A DNA stretch of 64,000 nt from Candidatus Rokuibacteriota bacterium (GCA_044869815.1 JBIOXS010000097.1:9969-73968), one strand, 5' to 3'; counted from the first letter of the stretch, positions 42,589-51,604 are shown. The notes: generated by a model from the letters alone, not told the origin. Made by a program: numbers and translations.

Positions 42589-43481
42589 CCCGCGAGCCGC
42601 TCCAGCTCCGCGCGCGCCGGCAGCGACGCCTGCGCGCCACGACGCGTGCACGCCACCGCCGCCGCCGCATTGGCGAAGCGCACCGCCGCCAGCAGCTCGC
42701 GCCCCTCGGCGAGCGCCACCGCCAGCGCCCCGTTGAAGGCATCGCCGGCGGCCGTGGTGTCGACGGCATCGACGCGGAAGGCCGGAACGTGCCGCGGCGG
42801 GCCGTCGCCGCACGCCAGCACGCCGCGCTCGCCGAGGGTCACCAGCACCCGCCGCGCGCCGCGCGCCCGCAGGGCGGCGGCCGCCGCCTCCTCACCGTCG
42901 CCGCCGGACAGTCGCGCCGCCTCGCCCGCATTGGGCGTCAGGTAGTCGACGAGCTCGAGAAACTCGAGGCCGGCGTCCGGCACCGGCGCCGGGTTGAGGA
43001 TCGTCGGCACCCCGCGGTCACGCGCGAGCTCGAGCGCGCAGCGCACGGTCTCGAGCGGAATCTCGCAGGAGGCGACCACGATCTCGGCCCAAGCAAAGTC
43101 GTCGACACGGTCACGCACGTGCTCGACCGTGAGCGCGCGGTTGGCGCCGGGAGCGACGGCGATCTGGTTGCGCCCCTCGCGGTCCACGACGATCAGCGCG
43201 GTGCCGGTCGCGGCCGCCGCGCTCGTCACGACTCCCGTCGTGCCCACACCCTCGGCGGCGAGCGCCGCGCGCAGCGCGCGCCCGGAGGCGTCGTCGCCGA
43301 CGCAGCCGATCAGCCGAACGTCGGCGCCCAGCCGCCGCGCCGCCACCGCCTGGTTGGCGCCCTTGCCCCCGTGGTTGACGAGCAGCGTGCCATTGGTGAC
43401 GGTCTCGCCGGGCTGCGGCAGGCGCGCGAGCGCCATCGTGAAGTCGACGTTGGCGGAGCCGACTACGAGGACGCGCGGCAC
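42585..43481 (-). CDS. rbsK: Ribokinase (PfkB family)
   Basis: ORF 42585..43481. Motifs: VVGSANVDF, NHGGKGANQAVAA, DTTAAGDAFNGAL. Confidence 0.9.
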   Translation of the reverse strand: MPRVLVVGSANVDFTMALARLPQPGETVTNGTLLVNHGGKGANQAVAARRLGADVRLIGCVGDDASGRALRAALAAEGVGTTGVVTSAAAATGTALIVVDREGRNQIAVAPGANRALTVEHVRDRVDDFAWAEIVVASCEIPLETVRCALELARDRGVPTILNPAPVPDAGLEFLELVDYLTPNAGEAARLSGGDGEEAAAAALRARGARRVLVTLGERGVLACGDGPPRHVPAFRVDAVDTTAAGDAFNGALAVALAEGRELLAAVRFANAAAAVACTRRGAQASLPARAELERLAG

Positions 43482-44356
43482 AGCGCGGCCAGGAAGCTCT
43501 GCATGAACCGCGGGGCGTCGACGCGACGCGCGATCCGCACATTCGGCGCGCCCGTGAGGCGCCGGGTCTCTCCGTCGGGTCCGACCTCGAGCCGGACCGG
43601 CTCCCAGGTCGTCAGCGATGGATCGACCGCCACGCCCACGGCGAGCGGGTCGTGGAGCGTCATGCCGCGGGTGCCGAACGACCGCGCCGTGAAGCGGACA
43701 ACCCGCTCCGCGAACGGCGCGGGCGTGGCGGCGAGCGCGGCCTCCAACGCATGGCGCTCCAGCACCGCCTGGCGCGTGGCATCGAGCGGGACGAGATCGA
43801 GCGGCAGCCCGGCGTCGAGCACGCGCCGGGCGGCATCCGGGTCGACGTGGACGTTGAACTCCGCGTCCGGCGTCACGTTACCGGGCACGTCCACCGCGCC
43901 ACCCATGGCCACCACGCGCCCGACGGCCCGCATCGCAGCGGCGTCGGCCTCGACGGCGAGGGCGACGTTCGTCAAGGGCCCGAGCGCGATGAGGGTGAGC
44001 CGGTGGCGGTGGCGCTGCGCCGCCTCCAGCATGAGTGCGACGGCCCCCCCGGCCGCGAGCGTCGGGTGGGCCGCAGGCCAGTCATCGAGGTCGCCCAGGC
44101 CGTCTTCGCCGTGGTGACGCGTCGCGGTCCGGAGGGCGCGGGCGAGCGGCGCCACCGCACCCTGCCCCACCACCGGCGCCGGCCGCGGATCCCGCAGCGC
44201 CAGCAGCCGGAAGACGTTGAGGGTCCCCACGGCCACCGGGACGTTTCCGGCGACGGTGGTGATGACCTCGACCTCCAGCGACGGCGTCCCCCACGCCTGG
44301 AGGAGGGCCAGCGCGTCGTCCACGCCGGGGTCGGTATCGATCAGGACCGGCGGCAT
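43463..44356 (-). CDS. Inosine/uridine-preferring nucleoside hydrolase
   Basis: ORF 43463..44356. N-terminal IDTDPGVDDALAL signature. Confidence 0.9.
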   Translation of the reverse strand: MPPVLIDTDPGVDDALALLQAWGTPSLEVEVITTVAGNVPVAVGTLNVFRLLALRDPRPAPVVGQGAVAPLARALRTATRHHGEDGLGDLDDWPAAHPTLAAGGAVALMLEAAQRHRHRLTLIALGPLTNVALAVEADAAAMRAVGRVVAMGGAVDVPGNVTPDAEFNVHVDPDAARRVLDAGLPLDLVPLDATRQAVLERHALEAALAATPAPFAERVVRFTARSFGTRGMTLHDPLAVGVAVDPSLTTWEPVRLEVGPDGETRRLTGAPNVRIARRVDAPRFMQSFLAALCRASS

Positions 44357-44425
44357 CGAATCCTCAGACCGAGTGCCCGACTCTTATACAATTGAGGGCG
44401 AGAGCGCTCGGGAGGAGGTGCGCGC

Positions 44426-44653
44426 ATGGACATCGAGATCCTGTATTGCGGGGAGTGACACTACCTGCCCCAGGCCTCCAGTTTGCAGGCCGCCATCAAA
44501 GACAAGTACGGCATCACCGCCAAGCTCCGCGAGGGCGCGGGCGGTATCTTCGAGGTTTCCATCGACGGCAGCACGGCGTACTCGAACCAGGAGACGTACC
44601 GCTTTCCGGAGAACGAGGAGATCTTCGCCAAGATCGACGCCGCTAGGAAGTGA
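44426..44653 (+). CDS. SelW-like / Rdx-family selenoprotein, Sec (TGA) at codon 11
   Basis: Not in the ORF track. GGGAGGAGG (44410-44418), 7 nt, then ATG 44426. Translation: MDIEILYCGE-U(TGA 44456-44458)-HYLPQASSLQAAIKDKYGITAKLREGAGGIFEVSIDGSTAYSNQETYRFPENEEIFAKIDAARK, stop 44651-44653. CxxU motif after beta1 and a GG.FEV..DG core, as in SelW. Candidate bSECIS stem at 44473-44491. TACAAT box at 44387-44392. Confidence 0.75.
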
Positions 44654-45914
44654 GCGCACGCTCGAGCTCTTCCCGATAGCGCGGGTGGGCCACGGTGGTC
44701 AACGCCGCGGCCCGCTGTCGCACCCCCAGTCCTCGTAGCCGCACCGCCCCGTGCTCCGTCACCACCCAGTCGGCGAGATACCGCGGCGTGCTGACCGCCG
44801 CTCCCGCCCCCAGCCGCGGCACGATCCGTGAGACGGCGCCGTCGCGGCCGCCCCTCGACGGCAGCGCAATGACGGCGGCACCCTGCTGCGCGCGAGAGGC
44901 GCCGAGCACGAAGTCGAACTGTCCACCGATGCCCGCCACCTGACGGCCGCCGAGGCTCTCGGCGTTCACCTGGCCGCTGAGGTCGATCTCGAGCGCCGAG
45001 TTGATGGAGACGAAGCGGTCGAGTCGGGCCACCACGTCGGGGTCGTGGACGAAGGCGGACGACTCCATGTTGACGCGCGCGTTGTCGTGCAGGAAGTCGA
45101 ACAGGCGCCGCGTGCCCATCGCCTCCGCGATGTCGAGCCGTCCCCGGTGGAACGGCTTGCGCGCCGCCGTCACCACGCCGCGCTCGATCAGCGTCACCGA
45201 AGCATCGACGAGCAGCGAGTGGAGCGCGAGGTCACGATGGTCGCCCAGCGCCTCCAGCACCGCCTGCGGGATGGCGCCCACGCCGACCTGCACGGTGGCG
45301 CCGTCCGGGACGAGGCCGGCGACGTGGCGCCCGATGGCGCGCTCGACGTCACCGACGGCGGGCGGCGGGTACTCGAGCAGGGGCTCGTCGACCTCGACCC
45401 AGGCGTCGACCTGGCTCCGATGCAACCAGCAGTTGCCACGCGTGCGGGGCATGCGCGGATTCACCTGGGCGATCACGAGCGGCGCCGTGCGCGCGGCCGG
45501 CAGGGCCACGCCGACGGCGACCCCGAGACTCAGATAGCCGCGCGCGTCGGGCGGCGCCGTGTGGACGAGCACGCAATCCGGTGCCCACGCGCCCCCCCGC
45601 GCGAACACGCTGACGACGTCGAAGTACCGCACGGGGACGAAGTCGACGCGGCCGCGACGTCGGGCGTCGTCGAGCTCTGGCGACATGTGCCAGCTCGCCG
45701 CCGCCAGCGTGGCGTGCTCCGGTCGCGCGAAGCCGAAGTCGCCGAGATGAATGCCGCCGAGCACCGTGAGATCGCGCAGGCGGTCGGCCTGGCGACAGAT
45801 CTCGGCGAGCAGCGCGGTCGGCTCGCCGCACCCGGGTGGGACGAGGACCTTCATGCCGGGTCGCAAGCGCTCGACAGCGCCGGCCACCGTTTCGCGGACG
45901 AACGCGCGGGGCAT
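44643..45914 (-). CDS. Acetyl-CoA hydrolase/transferase family protein (4-hydroxybutyrate CoA-transferase-like)
   Basis: Residues 181-603 of ORF 44643..46454, from ATG 45914. Motif: SINSALEIDLSGQVNAESLGGRQVAGIGGQFDF. Confidence 0.85.
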   Translation of the reverse strand: MPRAFVRETVAGAVERLRPGMKVLVPPGCGEPTALLAEICRQADRLRDLTVLGGIHLGDFGFARPEHATLAAASWHMSPELDDARRRGRVDFVPVRYFDVVSVFARGGAWAPDCVLVHTAPPDARGYLSLGVAVGVALPAARTAPLVIAQVNPRMPRTRGNCWLHRSQVDAWVEVDEPLLEYPPPAVGDVERAIGRHVAGLVPDGATVQVGVGAIPQAVLEALGDHRDLALHSLLVDASVTLIERGVVTAARKPFHRGRLDIAEAMGTRRLFDFLHDNARVNMESSAFVHDPDVVARLDRFVSINSALEIDLSGQVNAESLGGRQVAGIGGQFDFVLGASRAQQGAAVIALPSRGGRDGAVSRIVPRLGAGAAVSTPRYLADWVVTEHGAVRLRGLGVRQRAAALTTVAHPRYREELERALTS

Positions 45915-45938
45915 GGGCGGCCCGTATAATACCGCGCC

Positions 45939-46115
45939 ATGACCACGCGCTTGCTCGTCCTCGCCCTCGCCGTGCTCGTGATCTGCGGGTGCAGCTCGTC
46001 TCGCCACGGCGCCCCGGCGTCGACCTCCGGCGCGCCGCGCGCGCGCTGTCTCGTGGATCCGAACGAGGGCGGCACCCGCCCGCTCATCTATCTGTTGTGC
46101 ATCGAGAGCCCGTAA
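45939..46115 (+). CDS. Small (58 aa) putative lipoprotein
   Basis: Below the ORF-track size cut-off. MTTRLLVLALAVLVICGCSSSRHG... is a signal peptide with a lipobox-like ICGC. High GC3. TATAAT (45925-45930) lies 8 nt before the ATG, and the stop lies 1 nt before the SDR gene. Confidence 0.45.
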   Translation: MTTRLLVLALAVLVICGCSSSRHGAPASTSGAPRARCLVDPNEGGTRPLIYLLCIESP

Positions 46116-46116
46116 G

Positions 46117-46896
46117 ATGAGGGGCGTGACTCCCCGCGTGGCACTCGTCACCGGCGGCGGCCGCGGCATCGGCCGCGCCATCGTCCTCAGGCTCGCCAAG
46201 GAGGGACTGCGGGTGGCCATCGGCGCGCGGACAGCGGAACAGGTCCAGGAGACCGCGCGTGCCGCCGGCGCCGCCACGCTCGCCCTCGCCCTCGACGTCG
46301 CCGACGCCGCGTCGGTCGCCGCGGCCGCCCGGCGCACCGTCGACGAGCTCGGCCCGATCGACGTCCTCGTCAACAACGCCGGCGTCGCCGAGTCCGCCCC
46401 GCTGGGCCGCACCGATCCCGAGCTCTGGGACCGGCATTTCCGGGTCAACGTCACCGGGCCCTATCTGCTCACGCGTGCCCTCCTGCCCGGGATGCTCGAG
46501 CGGCGCTGGGGACGCGTCATCAACGTCGCATCGCTGGCCGGGCTTCACGGCTCGCCGTACGTGACCGCCTACACCGCCTCGAAGCACGCGCTCGTCGGCT
46601 TCACCCGCGCGCTGGCGACCGAGGTCGCCGGCAAGGGCGTGACCGTCAACGCGCTCTGCCCGGGGTTCACGGCGACCGACATGGTCTGGCGCGGCGCGCG
46701 GAACATCGTGGACAAGACCGGCACGTCGTTCGAGGAGGCCGTGCAGGCGCTCGCCCACATGAATCCGGGACGGCGGCTCATCGAGCCCGAGGAGGTCGCG
46801 GAGGCGGCCGCCCGCCTGCTCGACGACGTGGCCACCAACGGCGAGTGCATCGTGCTCGACGGCACCGAGCCGGCCCCGAAGGGAGCGAAGCGATGA
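46117..46896 (+). CDS. Short-chain dehydrogenase/reductase (3-oxoacyl/3-hydroxyacyl type)
   Basis: ORF 46117..46896. Motifs: TGGGRGIGRAI, NNAG, YTASKHAL. Confidence 0.9.
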   Translation: MRGVTPRVALVTGGGRGIGRAIVLRLAKEGLRVAIGARTAEQVQETARAAGAATLALALDVADAASVAAAARRTVDELGPIDVLVNNAGVAESAPLGRTDPELWDRHFRVNVTGPYLLTRALLPGMLERRWGRVINVASLAGLHGSPYVTAYTASKHALVGFTRALATEVAGKGVTVNALCPGFTATDMVWRGARNIVDKTGTSFEEAVQALAHMNPGRRLIEPEEVAEAAARLLDDVATNGECIVLDGTEPAPKGAKR

Positions 46897-47306
46897 AAGA
46901 CCACATCTCGGCGGTGAGACCGCGAACGCTGCCCAGGCCCGCGGGCTTCTCCTATGGCTACGAGGTCAAGAGCGGACGCCTGGTGTTCGTCGCCGGCCAG
47001 GTCGCCGTCGACGCCGACGGCCGCATGGTCGGCCAGGGTGACCTCGTCGCGCAGTTCCGCCAGACGTGCGCGAACATCCACACCGTGCTGAGCGCCGCCG
47101 GCGGCGAGATGACGGACCTCGTGAAGCTCACCATCTATGTCCTCGACGTCGCCGACTACAAGAAGAACCTCAGGGCCATCGGCGACGTGTACCGCGAGTA
47201 CTTCGGCAAGCATTTCCCGGCCATGACGCTCGTCGGCGCGCGCGACCTGTTCGACGCCGCCGACGGCGCGTTGATCGAGATCGAGGGCGTGGCCGCGCTG
47301 GCATGA
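46893..47306 (+). CDS. RidA/YjgF-family enamine/imine deaminase-like protein
   Basis: Residues 17-153 of ORF 46845..47306, from ATG 46893 (ATGA overlap). Motifs: LVFVAGQVAVD...VKLTIYV...PAMTLVGARDL...IEIEG. Confidence 0.85.
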   Translation: MKDHISAVRPRTLPRPAGFSYGYEVKSGRLVFVAGQVAVDADGRMVGQGDLVAQFRQTCANIHTVLSAAGGEMTDLVKLTIYVLDVADYKKNLRAIGDVYREYFGKHFPAMTLVGARDLFDAADGALIEIEGVAALA

Positions 47307-48946
47307 CGGCGGGGCTGGCCGACGCGCTGCCCGCGCCCGCGCTGATGCCGGAGCGCATCTACACGCTGCCGGAGCTGCGCTACCCGCGACGCCTGAACGT
47401 CGCCGAGCAGCTGCTCGACGCCAACGCCGATGGAGATCGCGCGGGACGCGCGGCCGTGATCGCGGGTGGCACGACGCTGACCTACGGCGAGCTCGCGCGG
47501 AGCGTGAGCCGGCTGTGCCACGGCCTCCGCGATCTCGGCCTCGAGCCCGGCGATCGGCTCCTGCTTCGACTCCCGAACGTTCCCGAGTTCGTGGTCGCCT
47601 GGCTCGCCTGTCAGAAGCTCGGGGTGATCACCGTCGGCACCATGCCGATGCTCCGTGCGCGCGAGCTCGCCTACATCGCCGAAGACTCCGGCGCCAAGGC
47701 TGCCATCGTGTGGGGCGGGCTCCGCGACGAGCTCGAACGCGCCCGCGAGCAGGCGCCCGGGCTGGAGCGGCTCATCGTCGCCGGCGAGGCGAAACCCGCC
47801 GACACGACGCTGGCGGCGCTGATGAGCGGCCGCCCGGAGCGCTTCGCCGCCGCGCCGACCGACCGCGACGACGTCGCGATGCTCGCCTACACCTCCGGCT
47901 CCACCGGCGTGCCGAAGGGCTGTGCGCACGTCCACCGCGACATCCTCGCCTCCGCCGACTCGTACGCGCGCCACGTGCTCGCCCCCACCGAGGACGATCG
48001 CTTCGGCGGCCATCCGACGCTCGCCTTCACCTTCGGCACGGGCGGCCTTCTGGTCTTTCCGTTCCGCTTCGGCGCCGCCACCGTGCTCAGCGGGCCCTTC
48101 ACGCCGGAGGCGATGCTGGAGACCTTCGCCCGCGAGCGCGTGACCGTCGCCTTCTGCGCACCCACGTCGTATCGCTTCATGCTCGGGGTGGCCGACATGA
48201 CCAAGCGCTATGACCTGGGCGCCCTGCGCTTCGGGGTCTCGGCGGCCGAGCCGCTGCCGGCGGCGACCTGGGAGGCGTGGCACGACGCCACCGGCATCGA
48301 GCTGCTGGATGGGATCGGCTCGACCGAGATGTTCCACATCTTCGTCTCGTCCCGGCCCGGGCGCGTGCGCCCCGGCACCACTGGCCTCCCTGTTCCCGGC
48401 TACGACTGCCGCGTCGTCGACGAGCAGGGGCGCGAGGTCGAGCCCGGCACCGAAGGCCTCATCGCCATCAAGGGCCCGACCGGGTGCAAGTACTGGCGCA
48501 AGCCCGAGCGTCAGGCGGAGTACGTGCGCTTCGGCGGCTGGAACGTGACCGGCGATGTCTATCTGCAGGATGCGGAGGGATACTTGACGTATCGGTGCCG
48601 GTCGGACGACATGATCGTCTCCGGCGGCTACAAGATCCCGGGACCCGAGGTGGAGCACGTGCTGGACGAACATCCATCGGTGGCGGAGTCGGCGGTGGTG
48701 GCAGCACCGGATGCCGCGCGCGGCTACGTCGTGAAGGCCTACGTCGTGCTGCGGCCTCCGGCGCGGCCGTCGGCGGATCTGGTCGGCGAGCTCCAGGATC
48801 ACGTCAAGCGCGAGCTGGCGCCGTACAAGTATCCGCGCGCGATCGAGTTCATCGAGCGGCTGCCGCGCACGGAGACCGGCAAGATCCAGCGTTATCGGCT
48901 CCGGCTGAGTGACGTTCTCCCGTGGGACCCGACGAGTCGGGAGTGA
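47303..48946 (+). CDS. Aryl-/acyl-CoA ligase (AMP-forming; benzoate/2-aminobenzoate-CoA ligase-like)
   Basis: Residues 80-626 of ORF 47066..48946, from ATG 47303 (ATGA overlap). Motifs: RLNVAEQLLD, YTSGSTGVPKG, SGGYKI, PRTETGKIQR. Confidence 0.88.
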   Translation: MTAGLADALPAPALMPERIYTLPELRYPRRLNVAEQLLDANADGDRAGRAAVIAGGTTLTYGELARSVSRLCHGLRDLGLEPGDRLLLRLPNVPEFVVAWLACQKLGVITVGTMPMLRARELAYIAEDSGAKAAIVWGGLRDELERAREQAPGLERLIVAGEAKPADTTLAALMSGRPERFAAAPTDRDDVAMLAYTSGSTGVPKGCAHVHRDILASADSYARHVLAPTEDDRFGGHPTLAFTFGTGGLLVFPFRFGAATVLSGPFTPEAMLETFARERVTVAFCAPTSYRFMLGVADMTKRYDLGALRFGVSAAEPLPAATWEAWHDATGIELLDGIGSTEMFHIFVSSRPGRVRPGTTGLPVPGYDCRVVDEQGREVEPGTEGLIAIKGPTGCKYWRKPERQAEYVRFGGWNVTGDVYLQDAEGYLTYRCRSDDMIVSGGYKIPGPEVEHVLDEHPSVAESAVVAAPDAARGYVVKAYVVLRPPARPSADLVGELQDHVKRELAPYKYPRAIEFIERLPRTETGKIQRYRLRLSDVLPWDPTSRE

Positions 48947-48947
48947 C

Positions 48948-50447
48948 ATGAGCGCCGCCGGCGAGCGTCTCCGGATCAAGCACGCCCTGCCCGCCGCGCG
49001 GTGGCCGACCCGCGAGGAAGCCGCCCGCGCTCGCCTGTTCCAGCCGGCGTCCATCGGGAGCCGAACGGTGGCCGAGCAGCGGACGTGGGTGCCCGCGATG
49101 GTGCCGTGGCGCGCCACCGAGGACGGCTTCGTCACCGAGGAGGTCCTCGCCTGGTACGCGCGCTTCGCCGACGGCCGCCCCGGCGTGCTGGTGGTGGAGG
49201 CCACCGGCATTCGCGACGTGGCGAGCGGTCCCTTGCTGCGGATCGGCGACGACCGCTTCATTCCGGGCCTGCGCCGGCTGGTCGACGTCGTGCGCGACCG
49301 CAGCGGCGGCCACACGCGCCTGTTCATCCAGCTGATCGACTTCGTGGCGGTGCGGCGGCGCCCGGAGCCGGAGAAGTACTTCGGGCGTCACCTCGGCGTG
49401 GACGAGTCGCTGCGCCGGCGGATGGCGACCGCCGCCGACGACCCCGCCTGGCTGGCCGCGGACGAGCGCGTCATCCGGCAGCACCTGCTCGCCTCGCTCG
49501 TCGACGACCGGCCGTTCGTCGAGCGCGTGCTGACCCCGCGCCAGCTGGAGGCCCTCGACTATGGCTATCGCGAGCGCATCTGGGACACGCACCTGCCGTG
49601 GATCGAGGAGCTCCCGCGCGTGCTGCCGGAGCTCTTCGCGGCGGCGGCGCGACGCGCCCGGGAGGCCGGCTTCGATGGCGTCGAGCTCCACTACGCTCAC
49701 GCCTACACGATGTCGTCGTTCCTCTCGCGCCTCAACGTCCGCGCCGACGGCTACGGCGGCTCGCGCGAGCACCGCGTGCGGCTTCCGCTCGAGGTGCTGG
49801 CGGCCACGCGCGCCGGCGTGGGCGAGGACTACGTGGTCGGCATCCGCGATCTCGGCGACGACGTCGTCGCCGGCGGCAGCGACGTGGAGGAGGCGGCGTG
49901 GTTCGGCGCCCGCTTCGCGGCCGCCGGCGCCGACTATCTCTCGGTCTCGAAGGGCGGGCGCTTCGAGGACGCCAAGCAGCCCCGCGTCGGCGAGGCCGTC
50001 TACCCCTACACGGGACGATCCGGCTACGAGTGCATGCCGACGGTGATCTCCGACGAGCGTGGGCCCTTCGGACGCAACGTCCCGCTGGCCGCGCGGATCC
50101 GCGGCGCCGTGCGCGAGGCGGGGTTCAGCACGCCCGTCGTCACCAGCGGCGGCATCGGAACGTTCGACCAGGCGGAGGGCATCCTCGCGCGCGGCGAGGC
50201 CGATTTCGTGGCCGCCGCGCGCCAGACACTGGCCGATCCCGACTGGTTTCGGAAGATGCGTCTCGGCGACGGTCATCTCGTGCGACGCTGCGAGTTCACG
50301 AACTATTGCGAGGGCCTAGACCAGCACCACAAGCAGGTCACCTGCAAGCTGTGGGATCGCCTGGAGCTCGACGCGCCCGATGTGCGCCTGGCCGCCGACG
50401 GCAAGCGGCGGCTGTCGGCGCCGGCGTGGACACCCTCCACGGACTGA
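48948..50447 (+). CDS. Old-yellow-enzyme family NAD(P)H:flavin oxidoreductase
   Basis: Residues 14-512 of ORF 48909..50447. Motifs: VPAMVPWRATEDG, VLVVEATGI, GFDGVELHYAHAYTMSSFLS, ADFVAAARQTLADPDW. Confidence 0.85.
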   Translation: MSAAGERLRIKHALPAARWPTREEAARARLFQPASIGSRTVAEQRTWVPAMVPWRATEDGFVTEEVLAWYARFADGRPGVLVVEATGIRDVASGPLLRIGDDRFIPGLRRLVDVVRDRSGGHTRLFIQLIDFVAVRRRPEPEKYFGRHLGVDESLRRRMATAADDPAWLAADERVIRQHLLASLVDDRPFVERVLTPRQLEALDYGYRERIWDTHLPWIEELPRVLPELFAAAARRAREAGFDGVELHYAHAYTMSSFLSRLNVRADGYGGSREHRVRLPLEVLAATRAGVGEDYVVGIRDLGDDVVAGGSDVEEAAWFGARFAAAGADYLSVSKGGRFEDAKQPRVGEAVYPYTGRSGYECMPTVISDERGPFGRNVPLAARIRGAVREAGFSTPVVTSGGIGTFDQAEGILARGEADFVAAARQTLADPDWFRKMRLGDGHLVRRCEFTNYCEGLDQHHKQVTCKLWDRLELDAPDVRLAADGKRRLSAPAWTPSTD

Positions 50448-50569
50448 GCCGTCTGCTACAATCGCCGCACTTCGTCCCCGGAGGCGCGGCATGCGGACAC
50501 AGCAGCGCGAGCGGCCATGATACCTTACCCCCCACTTTCGCCACGTCAGCGTCGACGGAGGACACCGCC

Positions 50570-50752
50570 ATGCCGTTCGTGAACATCACCATCTACGAGG
50601 GGCATCCGAAGGAGCGCAAGGACGAGATCGCGCGCCGGGTGACCGACACCCTGACCGACGTGTGCAAGCTGCCGCGGGAAGCGGTCTGGGTCGTGTTCAA
50701 CGAGGTGACGCCGCCGGACTGGTACGTGGCGGGGAATCCCGGCAAGAAGTGA
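50570..50752 (+). CDS. 4-oxalocrotonate tautomerase family protein (60 aa)
   Basis: C-terminal 60 aa of ORF 49001..50752. MPFVNITIYEGHPKERKDEI... has the catalytic Pro1 pattern. GGAGGA Shine-Dalgarno 7 nt upstream. Confidence 0.8.
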   Translation: MPFVNITIYEGHPKERKDEIARRVTDTLTDVCKLPREAVWVVFNEVTPPDWYVAGNPGKK

Positions 50753-51591
50753 CGGCGGCGTTCGAGCAGCTCGGCACCGGCTTTCTCTTCACCGAGGGCC
50801 CACTCTGGCATCCGACCGGGAAATTCCTGCTCTGGAGTGACATGCCCGGCGATCACATGCGGCGCTGGTCGGCCAGGGACGGCGTCACCACGTTCCGCAA
50901 GCCGAGCAACATGTCGAACGGGCTCACCTACGATCGTCAGGGACGGCTGCTCGCGTGCGAGCACGCCAGCAGCCAGGTGACCCGCACGGAGAGGGACGGC
51001 CGCATCACGCCCATCGCCACCCACTACGCCGGCAAGCAGCTCAACAGCCCCAACGACATCGTGTGCAAGTCCGACGGCGCCATCTACTTCTCCGATCCCC
51101 CGTACGGGCGCGCCAAGTTCTACGGCGTCGAGCGACCTCAAGAGCTGGACTTCCAGGGCGTGTACCGTGTCGGCAGCGACGCGAAATCCACCGAGCTGCT
51201 CGTGGACGACTTCGAGCGGCCGAACGGGCTCTGCTTGTCGCGCGACGAGCGGCGACTGTTCATCAACGACACGGCGCGCAAGCACATCCGCGTCTTCGAC
51301 GTGACGCCGACCGGCACGCTGAAGAACGGGCGCGTGTGGGCGGAGACGAAGGGCGACAAGCCTGGCGCGCCGGACGGCATGAAGATCGACTCGGCGGGCA
51401 ACGTTTACTGCTGCGGGCCGGGCGGCATTCACGTGCTCGATCCCGACGGCCGTCTCCTCGAAGTGCTGGAGGTGCCCGAATACACCGCGAACTTCGCGTG
51501 GGGCGACGACGACTACCGCTCGCTCTTCATCACGGCGTCGACCTCCCTCTATCGCCTCCGGCGCACCACACCCGGTCTCCCGGTCTTCTGA
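50749..51591 (+). CDS. SMP-30/gluconolactonase/LRE-like beta-propeller hydrolase
   Basis: Residues 30-309 of ORF 50662..51591, from GTG 50749 (GTGA overlap). Motifs: TEGPLWHP, NSPNDIVCKSDGAIYFSDP, PNGLCLS, PDGMKIDSAGNVY. Confidence 0.85.
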   Translation: MTAAFEQLGTGFLFTEGPLWHPTGKFLLWSDMPGDHMRRWSARDGVTTFRKPSNMSNGLTYDRQGRLLACEHASSQVTRTERDGRITPIATHYAGKQLNSPNDIVCKSDGAIYFSDPPYGRAKFYGVERPQELDFQGVYRVGSDAKSTELLVDDFERPNGLCLSRDERRLFINDTARKHIRVFDVTPTGTLKNGRVWAETKGDKPGAPDGMKIDSAGNVYCCGPGGIHVLDPDGRLLEVLEVPEYTANFAWGDDDYRSLFITASTSLYRLRRTTPGLPVF

Positions 51592-51604
51592 CAAGGAGGA
51601 TTCA

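Noticed and set aside
44384-44659. Track ORFs 44392..44646 (+) and 44384..44659 (-)
   Set aside because: Both are out of frame with the SelW-like reading, are Arg-rich, and lack a Shine-Dalgarno. The selenoprotein frame explains the strong SD, the CxxU motif and the downstream conservation-like sequence.
47156-49327. 723-aa minus-strand ORF
   Set aside because: It is antisense to the aryl-CoA ligase and OYE genes, which have clear AMP-binding and flavoprotein motifs. Its composition is again Arg/Ala/Gly-dominated.
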